NCBI GenBank assembly: GCA_001794905.1
Contig: MGLW01000061.1
Span: 1 to 12,329, forward strand
Direction of reading: 5' to 3'
Length of the DNA: 12,329 nucleotides
Source of the DNA: Chlamydiae bacterium RIFCSPHIGHO2_12_FULL_49_11
GTDB lineage: Bacteria; Chlamydiota; Chlamydiia; Chlamydiales; 2-12-FULL-49-11
The notes beneath the pieces were generated by a model. That model was given only the letters and a program-made list of their open reading frames with translations. It did not search any database and was not told the origin of the DNA. Position numbers and translations under genes: made by a program. This document shows positions 5,827 to 12,329 of this stretch, in pieces. Positions within the stretch are counted from its first letter, which is position 1; every line of letters starts with the position of its first letter.

Positions 5827-6686
5827 AGACAATGCAGGGACTGGTCCGGCTAAAACGTGATTTTGATGCCGCATTGGAACGGGATCTCATGCGTTTTACG
5901 GGAGAGAGCGACCTGTCGGAGGTGCTCGACCATGCACTGAACGGAGCGGGGAAGCGGGTACGGCCCGTTTTGGTCCTTGCCGTGGCTGAAGCGCTCGGGA
6001 ACGGTCTCGATGTGATGCCGGCAGCAATCGGGCTCGAATATTTTCACACATCAACGCTGATCATAGACGATCTGCCGTGCATGGACGATGAGCGGGAGCG
6101 GCGCGGAAGGGAAGCCCTCCATCGGGCGTTTTCCGAAGGGAAAGCGCTGCTTGCCAGCTATGGACTTATCGCAGAAGGGTTCGGGAAAATTTATGCGAAC
6201 CGTCTTGTACTTTTGCAAGAGGGACGGTTTGCCAAAGAAGCCGACCTGCGCTGCTCCCTTGCCTTGGAATGTGCGGCAGAGAGCAGCGGATTTAAGGGGG
6301 CGACGCTCGGTCAATATTTGGACATGTACGAGCCGTGCATGTCTGAAGAAGTGTACGAGCATGTGGCTCTTCTAAAAACTGTGACCCTCTTTTCCGGTTC
6401 TTTTGTATTGGGATGGCTTTTTGGCGGCGGAGACATTGACAAGACGCGGCAAATGAAAGACCTGGCGTTCCACTTTGGTCTTGCTTTCCAAATTAGGGAC
6501 GACATCCTGGACCAGGAAGAAGACTTGGAAAAAGGAAAGTCGTTCAATGTAGCGCTGCAAAAAGGGGAGCGGGCGGCACGCGCCGAATTTTTCGGCCATA
6601 TCGACGACTTTACTCTTCTTGCCAAAGAATGTGGAATCTTTTCCGGCGTGTTTGAAGAAGTTCTCTCCCTCCTGACCCAATTTTAA
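5823..6686 (+). CDS. ispA: Short-chain polyprenyl diphosphate synthase (IspA/GGPP synthase family)
   Basis: GKRVRP, first Asp-rich motif DDLPCMDD..RRG, GQYLD, KT, second Asp-rich motif FQIRDDILD. ATGA overlap with the glmU-like stop. Confidence 0.92.
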   Translation: MKTMQGLVRLKRDFDAALERDLMRFTGESDLSEVLDHALNGAGKRVRPVLVLAVAEALGNGLDVMPAAIGLEYFHTSTLIIDDLPCMDDERERRGREALHRAFSEGKALLASYGLIAEGFGKIYANRLVLLQEGRFAKEADLRCSLALECAAESSGFKGATLGQYLDMYEPCMSEEVYEHVALLKTVTLFSGSFVLGWLFGGGDIDKTRQMKDLAFHFGLAFQIRDDILDQEEDLEKGKSFNVALQKGERAARAEFFGHIDDFTLLAKECGIFSGVFEEVLSLLTQF

Positions 6687-6722
6687 CGTGTCTCTTATTG
6701 TCGGATCGATTATGGATTGGGT

Positions 6723-8135
6723 ATGCGCCGGTCCATTCTTTTCGTATTTCTTCTTGTTGCTTGCCAGCCGGGGCGAAAAGAGAATTGGAATACCGGTGTC
6801 GATACACCGTCTCTCAAGCGTTCTCTGAGCGCAGCGCGGGAGGGAGGCCTCTTTACCTTGAAAGAGTGGCCATCCGATACGTGGTGGGATATGTTTGCCT
6901 CGGAGGAGCTGTCACGCTGCATCGTAACGGCTCTCGAGAAAAACCCCACGCTCAAGGCAGCCGAGAAGCGGATCCAAGTGCTCCGGAATATCGCGGAACA
7001 AAAAAAATCGAAACTGTATCCCCATATCTCTTTTTTCACCGAAGACGATTGGATCCGAATCAGTAAAAACGGACTTTATCGCGCGTTCAATCCGAATTTA
7101 AACTTGGATGGGAATGTGATCGATTTTTCCCTTTCATTCGATTACGAGTTCGACTTTTGGAAAAAAAATCGGAACAATTTCCTGGCGGCATTTGGAAAAG
7201 AACGGGCTGCAGCCGCAGACGCCATGCAAACCAAAATTGTTATAACAACGTCGGTTGCCGCGGCCTACTTTGCTTTGAAAACAAATCAGGTTAAAGAGGT
7301 TCTCTTTCAGGAGCTTTTAGAGATTTATCAAACATGGAAAGCCATTACGTGCGTCATGAGCGGCTCGGGACTCGTATCCCTGATTCCGGTGACAAATGCC
7401 GAAGAAAAAACCGAAGAAGTAAAAAAACAACTCCTTGCTACCCAAGAGGCCATCGAGTTGAACAGGCACGCTCTTGCCGTTTTGACGGGGGAGTCTCCCG
7501 ATGAAAAAAAAGAGTGGAACGCGATCTTGTGTCCTGCCTCAAGCGTGTTTATTTTGCCGGAGGAAATCGATATCAATTTAATGGCAAGAAGACCGGATCT
7601 TGTTGCCGTATTTTGGCAGATTGAAGCTTACGCACATGAAATACACGCGGCAAAAGCGCTGTATCTGCCCTCCATCAATCTGAAAGGGATCGCCGGATTC
7701 GAATCCCTCAGTTGGAAAACGATCTTTGACTTCACTAGCGCTACGGCAAGCCTTATTCCATTCATTCAACTGCCGGTGTATACGGCGGGAGAAATCGCCG
7801 GCATTGTCGGAGAAAAGGCAGCCCTTTTCCATGAAGCGATTTGCAGATACAATGAAACCCTTCTCAAAGCGTTCCAGGAAATAACCGATGCGATTGCGGT
7901 TGCCGAAACGGTAGCTCTGCAAAAAAAGGCCGAGACTCGGATCCTTCAAAGTGCAGAAGAAAGAAACCGACTTGTCGAAGGGCGTTTTCTGTGTGGACTT
8001 GATAATCGTTTTGCGGCATTAGAGCGTAAAAGTGAAGTTGTCGTGCAAAAAATCGTCGATACCGATCTTACCTTTGCAGAATATTTGGCCCATATCAAGT
8101 TGATCAAGAGTTTGGGGGGCGGATACAAAGAGTGA
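6723..8135 (+). CDS. Efflux outer-membrane factor lipoprotein (NodT/OprM/TolC family)
   Basis: Signal peptide MRRSILFVFLLVA-C with lipobox (Cys codon 6762-6764). Motifs WWDMF, ALEKNPTL, YEFDFW, RRPDL, YLPSINL and the C-terminal LIKSLGGGY. TTG 6717 is an alternative start. Confidence 0.93.
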   Translation: MRRSILFVFLLVACQPGRKENWNTGVDTPSLKRSLSAAREGGLFTLKEWPSDTWWDMFASEELSRCIVTALEKNPTLKAAEKRIQVLRNIAEQKKSKLYPHISFFTEDDWIRISKNGLYRAFNPNLNLDGNVIDFSLSFDYEFDFWKKNRNNFLAAFGKERAAAADAMQTKIVITTSVAAAYFALKTNQVKEVLFQELLEIYQTWKAITCVMSGSGLVSLIPVTNAEEKTEEVKKQLLATQEAIELNRHALAVLTGESPDEKKEWNAILCPASSVFILPEEIDINLMARRPDLVAVFWQIEAYAHEIHAAKALYLPSINLKGIAGFESLSWKTIFDFTSATASLIPFIQLPVYTAGEIAGIVGEKAALFHEAICRYNETLLKAFQEITDAIAVAETVALQKKAETRILQSAEERNRLVEGRFLCGLDNRFAALERKSEVVVQKIVDTDLTFAEYLAHIKLIKSLGGGYKE

Positions 8136-9295
8136 AACGAAGATGGACAATCTATTTCTGGATTTTCACGGGTCTTCTTGGCCTTACCGTTTTTTGCCTC
8201 TGGTTTTTCCATTTCCGTTTCATCCGGTTTACCTACGATGCTTATGTAGAGGGCAACCGTGTCGTAGTCAATGCGGAAGAAAAGACGATCGTAACAAAAA
8301 TATATAGCGACGACACTTTTTTTGTGAAAAAAGGAGAGCTCTTGATTGAAACCGATCCGACCCTGTACCGCATCCGCCTCGAAAAAGCAAAAGAGAACCT
8401 TGCCTTGCGAGTGAGAGAGGTGTGCCGTATGGTTCATGACATGTTTGCCCTCAAGGCCGATATTGCCTATTGGGACGCCTTTCTCCTCCGCGCAGTGCAA
8501 GATTTGCAAAAACGGGAGCAGGTGATCGGGATCGGCGGCGTTTCTCTCGAAGATTTGGAACACGCCCGGGCGGCGGTACGGGAAGGGGCGAGCAAGTTAG
8601 AAAGCACAAAAAGCATGGTTAAAAAGGAAGCAGCCATGGTGCAGGGGACGTCTATTTTCTGTAATCCGCTTGTCGTGGCGGCAAGCGAAGAAATGAAAGC
8701 AGCCTGGGTTAAATTATACAGAACCAAAGTTTATGCGCCCGTTAGCGGTCTTGTTGCCCAAAGGAAAATCCAGGTTGGGATGAGGGTAGAAGAAGGGGAG
8801 CCGCTCCTCTCCATCATTCCTCTGGACCAAATTTGGGTCAATGCCAACTTCAAAGAGACCCAGATGAAACACATGAAAATCGGACAGCGGGTAAAACTCT
8901 ACAGCGACATGTATGGGCGGAGTGTGATGTATTACGGCCACATTGTGGGACTGCCGGGAGGAGCGGGAAACGCCTTTTCCCTTCTTCCGCCGCAAAACCT
9001 TTCCGGTAACTGGATTAAAATTGTGCAGAGGCTTCCGGTGCGCGTTGCCATTGATACTGGTCCCTTGAAGCGGTACCCACTCCGCATCGGAATGACCATG
9101 CATGCGATTGTATCTGTGCGGGACCGGAGCGGTCCATATTTCACGACAAGCCAAAGTGAAACGCCCCGATATATCACACAGGTTTTTTCTGAGGAAACGG
9201 CGGGGGTGGCTGAAGAGATCGAAAAAATCATGCAAGACAACATCGATCCGGCGCTTACTTTTTTCGGGGTGAATCCGGTTCCGGGAGAAGGGTGA
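8132..9295 (+). CDS. emrA: EmrA/EmrK-family membrane fusion (periplasmic adaptor) protein
   Basis: N-terminal TM helix; motifs TYDAYVEGN, VYAPVSGLVAQR, WVNANFKETQM, GNAFSLLPPQNLSGNWIKIVQRLPVR and PLRIGMTM. GTGA overlap with the OMF stop. Confidence 0.93.
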   Translation: MKRRWTIYFWIFTGLLGLTVFCLWFFHFRFIRFTYDAYVEGNRVVVNAEEKTIVTKIYSDDTFFVKKGELLIETDPTLYRIRLEKAKENLALRVREVCRMVHDMFALKADIAYWDAFLLRAVQDLQKREQVIGIGGVSLEDLEHARAAVREGASKLESTKSMVKKEAAMVQGTSIFCNPLVVAASEEMKAAWVKLYRTKVYAPVSGLVAQRKIQVGMRVEEGEPLLSIIPLDQIWVNANFKETQMKHMKIGQRVKLYSDMYGRSVMYYGHIVGLPGGAGNAFSLLPPQNLSGNWIKIVQRLPVRVAIDTGPLKRYPLRIGMTMHAIVSVRDRSGPYFTTSQSETPRYITQVFSEETAGVAEEIEKIMQDNIDPALTFFGVNPVPGEG

Positions 9296-10821
9296 TGTTT
9301 CTCCTTCTTCTTTGTCTGGGATCCATTTTTCTTGTGATCTATAACTTTGCCATGACAAGCCTTGCTTCTCTCTACATTGTGGGCGATCTGGGGTCCAGTT
9401 TCCGCCTTGTTTCGTATTCGGTTTCTCTCTTTGGCCTCGGCAATTTGATCACTCTCCCGCTGTCTCTCGGTTTTTATCGGCAAGTGGGGACGCGGCGACT
9501 CATACTCGTGTTGTTGGCTATTTTTGCCCTCGCTTCTTATGGAGCGGGGCTCGCGCCCGATTTTTCCACTTTTGTTTTTTTTCGTTTCTTGCAGGGTGCA
9601 GGCGGCGGCCCTCTCTTTGTCCTCATGGTGGTTTATTTCCAACATTTTGGAACCGAAAAAATGAAAGAACATCTGGTCAACTATGTGCTGGTGATTTTTA
9701 TCACCGCTTCTACCGTGGGTGCTGCGATTGGGGGTACGCTCGCCTATGAAGCCAATTGGCGCTACAGCTTTTTGATTGACGGAGCGTTGATCACTCTGAT
9801 TTTTTTTCTTTTCCGGTTTGCAATGCGAAACAGCGAAACGCCTAGGGAAAAGCATCCGTTTGACTGGAAAGGGTATATCGCTTTTGTCTTAGCTGTGACA
9901 GGCCCGTGCCTTTTCGGCATTCTAGGGGAGTGGCTCGACTGGTTTCGGTCCTTTCCGCTGACTCTAATGCTGACGGTCGGATTTTTTTCCCTCCTCTATT
10001 TTATTTTCCATGCAAAACATCGGAAGGAAGAGCCTCTTTTTCAGTTTTCCCTGCTCCGGAGGCCCGGAAAACTATTTGCTCTTGCCGCGCTCTTTGTGAT
10101 TTTTTCTTCCTATTTTGGAACTATCTTATTGATTTCCCTTTGGCTGCGCCTTTATGTGAATTACAGCATTCAATGGGTGTCGGTTCTTCTCGGCATGATG
10201 GCCCTCTCCACGGGCGTCCTCTTTTTTTCCATCCGTCTTTCAAGCCACCGGCACAGGCTTTATCTTCTGGTGCTCGCAGCGGCTTTATTGTGCGCCTCAG
10301 CCTTGCAAACGACCTATTTCAATGTCGAAGTGAACTTTGGGCGGATCGCCGTAACAAGACTCATGGAAGGCTTTTCGTTTGCCCTCGCGCTGCCGCCGAT
10401 CATTTCGCTTCTTTTGGACGGACTGCAACAAGAGGAGAGGCCCTCGATGTTCATGTTTTTTCAAATCACCCGTGTTTTTGCCAGCACTTTCGGCGCGTTT
10501 TTTTATACCACTTTGTGGTACCGGCGGGACGATTTTTACCATAGCCGGTTTACCGAACCGTTAAACCGTTTTTCGGGAGTGTTTGAAGGCTTTTTGCACC
10601 GGGTGCAAGGCTACGGCGCCCCTTCTCAATCCTCTTTGGAAATGCTGGATAACCTCGTGGAAAAGCAGGCTGAATGCCAGGCGCTCCGTGACTGTTACTT
10701 CTTTATTTTTTGTGTGGTCGCGCTTTTTCTGATCGCAACCTTGATTTACTTTTTCTTCGGAAGGGTCTGCAAAAAAAGAGATTCAGCTCCAAAAGAGGCC
10801 CAAAAACCTACGACGGCATAA
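9292..10821 (+). CDS. emrB: EmrB/QacA-like DHA2 MFS efflux pump (about 14 TM), divergent
   Basis: Motifs FRFLQGAGGGPL, GAAIGG, WRYSFLID, FDWKG and WLDWFRS, with a long loop before the last TM. Coupled to emrA via GTGATG (start GTG 9292 or ATG 9295). Confidence 0.88.
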   Translation: MMFLLLLCLGSIFLVIYNFAMTSLASLYIVGDLGSSFRLVSYSVSLFGLGNLITLPLSLGFYRQVGTRRLILVLLAIFALASYGAGLAPDFSTFVFFRFLQGAGGGPLFVLMVVYFQHFGTEKMKEHLVNYVLVIFITASTVGAAIGGTLAYEANWRYSFLIDGALITLIFFLFRFAMRNSETPREKHPFDWKGYIAFVLAVTGPCLFGILGEWLDWFRSFPLTLMLTVGFFSLLYFIFHAKHRKEEPLFQFSLLRRPGKLFALAALFVIFSSYFGTILLISLWLRLYVNYSIQWVSVLLGMMALSTGVLFFSIRLSSHRHRLYLLVLAAALLCASALQTTYFNVEVNFGRIAVTRLMEGFSFALALPPIISLLLDGLQQEERPSMFMFFQITRVFASTFGAFFYTTLWYRRDDFYHSRFTEPLNRFSGVFEGFLHRVQGYGAPSQSSLEMLDNLVEKQAECQALRDCYFFIFCVVALFLIATLIYFFFGRVCKKRDSAPKEAQKPTTA

Positions 10822-11591
10822 ACGATAAAGACGGGAAAGCGCCCCGGCGGCAAAAAACCGGTGAGGAGGAGGCCGATCAGCCCTGCCGAAAGGAATAGAT
10901 ACAAAAAATAGAGTCCTCTGACGCTGAGGGAAGTTGTCGTAACCGTCTCTTTCTTTTTCTCTCCGAGGAATGATCCGAACAAGATGCCCGAAAGAAGTCC
11001 GACATTGAACATCGCTTTATCGGAGCCGAAAAGGAGCAAGCCCAATATAGAAAGATAAAAGGCAAGACGTAAATAAAATGTGGCAAGCTCATGCCGCACT
11101 CTTTTGTAGAAGAGAAAACCGAGAAATACGCAAAAGCCGAGAAGCCATCCTCCCAGCACGTCGGTAACATAATGGGCTCCTAGCATGACACGGGAAAAAC
11201 TGATGAGAAGGCATAAGATTCCGGTAAGGACGGAAAAAAAACGGTTCTTTGTCAAGGAGAGGGTCATGAGAAAAATAATCATGTAGTGGGTGGCAGCCCC
11301 GCTCGGAAAACTAAACCCGGCCTGTGGCAACCATCCTACCGAAGGATCGACGGCGAGGGGGCGCTCCATGTTGCTGGCGAGTTTGACCAGAGTCGAAAGG
11401 AGGGATGCGGCGATAAAAGCACAGGAGAAATGGCACGCTTTTTTTCGGCTGAGCGCAGTCCAAATGAAAAAGAACAGGGGAGAATAAAAATACGGGGTAT
11501 CGAAATAGTTCAGGAAAACCCAGAAAGGGCGCCATGCCGCCAGGGGAGAACCTTGCAAAAGGCGGATCCACTCGAGTTCAAGGGCATGCAA
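10746..11591 (-). CDS. PAP2-family membrane phosphatase (lipid/undecaprenyl-pyrophosphate phosphatase-like)
   Basis: C1 KLASNMERP (KxxxxxxRP), C2 FPSGAA (His replaced by Ala), C3 SRVMLGAHYVTDV, and multiple TM helices. TTG start 2 nt after the recA stop; start position uncertain. Confidence 0.85.
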   Translation of the reverse strand: MHALELEWIRLLQGSPLAAWRPFWVFLNYFDTPYFYSPLFFFIWTALSRKKACHFSCAFIAASLLSTLVKLASNMERPLAVDPSVGWLPQAGFSFPSGAATHYMIIFLMTLSLTKNRFFSVLTGILCLLISFSRVMLGAHYVTDVLGGWLLGFCVFLGFLFYKRVRHELATFYLRLAFYLSILGLLLFGSDKAMFNVGLLSGILFGSFLGEKKKETVTTTSLSVRGLYFLYLFLSAGLIGLLLTGFLPPGRFPVFIVYAVVGFWASFGAESLFLQTLPKKK

Positions 11592-11593
11592 CG

Positions 11594-12328
11594 TTATACC
11601 GATTCTAGGGATTTCAGGTGTTTGGAAAGTATTCCTTCCAATTCATCGAGGAGGGTCGGATTTTGTTTTAGTTCCAAGCGTGCGGCTTCGCGACCGTTGA
11701 ATTTGTGCTCTTTGAATGCCATCCAGTTGCCCCGTTTTTCGATGATATTGTGATCGATCGCCATATCCAGGATCGATCCCTCGCGAGAGATTCCTTCATT
11801 GAAGAGGATATCGAATTCTGCCGTCTTGAACGGAGGAGCCATCTTGTTTTTGACCACTTTTGCCTTAACGCGGTTGCCCACTTCGGTTCCGTCGGACAAT
11901 TTGATGGAACCTGTCCTTCGGATGTCGATGCGAATGGAAGAGTAAAACTTCAGAGCCCGGCCTCCGGAAGTGGTTTCGGGGTTTCCGAACATCACTCCAA
12001 TTTTTTCCCGGATCTGGTTGATGAAAATGGCGCACGTTTTTGATTTGGCAAGAGAGGAGGTTAGCTTGCGGAGTGCTTGCGACATGAGCCGCGCTTGCAG
12101 GCCAACGAAGGCGTCGCCGATGTCTCCTTCGAGCTCGCTTTTGGGCACGAGAGCGGCCACCGAGTCGATGACGACTACATCAACCGCATTGGACCGGGCC
12201 AGCATCTCTGCGATGTTGAGAGCTTCTTCTCCCGAATCGGGTTGGGAAATAAGGAGTTCGTCGATGTTCACGCCGATCCGTTTCGCATAATTAGGGTCGA
12301 GGGCATGCTCAGCGTCGATATATGCTGC
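11594..12328 (-). CDS. recA: Recombinase A, 3' part (5' end lies beyond the window end)
   Basis: Frame is open from 12328 ([37 protein letters not shown]). Motifs [59 protein letters not shown] and KNKMAPPF. Confidence 0.99.
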   Translation of the reverse strand, partial: AAYIDAEHALDPNYAKRIGVNIDELLISQPDSGEEALNIAEMLARSNAVDVVVIDSVAALVPKSELEGDIGDAFVGLQARLMSQALRKLTSSLAKSKTCAIFINQIREKIGVMFGNPETTSGGRALKFYSSIRIDIRRTGSIKLSDGTEVGNRVKAKVVKNKMAPPFKTAEFDILFNEGISREGSILDMAIDHNIIEKRGNWMAFKEHKFNGREAARLELKQNPTLLDELEGILSKHLKSLESV

Positions 12329-12329
12329 C

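Noticed and set aside
8932-9855. 307-aa minus-strand ORF (also 8714-9358, 7946-8563 and 9906-10544)
   Set aside because: These lie within well-supported OMF/emrA/emrB genes, antisense or out of frame, with no recognisable domains.

Overview
Chromosomal window from a bacterium that is most likely an environmental member of the Chlamydiota. The evidence is the Chlamydia-type stand-alone GlmU acetyltransferase followed by IspA, plus a tRNA without encoded CCA. Gene order: 3' part of thrS (+); DxD glycosyltransferase-like gene (+); a leftward block ung - TetA-like MFS - 125-aa hypothetical - dapA (-); tRNA-Pro(GGG) (+); a decayed ~105-bp palindromic element joined to a GxxExxY-gene fragment; a ~200-bp non-coding region that looks like the replication origin; a rightward block glmU-like - ispA - outer-membrane factor - emrA - emrB (+); a PAP2-family gene and the 3' part of recA (-). 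The most notable feature is the candidate oriC at ~4975-5215, which has no dnaA gene in this window. It contains about nine DnaA-box-like 9-mers in two sequence classes: five copies of an extended 13-mer TGTKSAAAAGDGG and two of AAGTTATNNACA. A tandem box pair, GCGC and an (AAN)8 tract occupy the DnaA-trio position, but the purine strand is inverted relative to the B. subtilis model. Secondary observations are a probable leaderless promoter overlapped by a 22-bp palindrome and several non-canonical catalytic or transport residues (PAP2 PSGA, loss of the TM1 Asp in both MFS pumps, a predicted lysine-insensitive DapA). All calls come from reading the sequence by eye; no searches were run.
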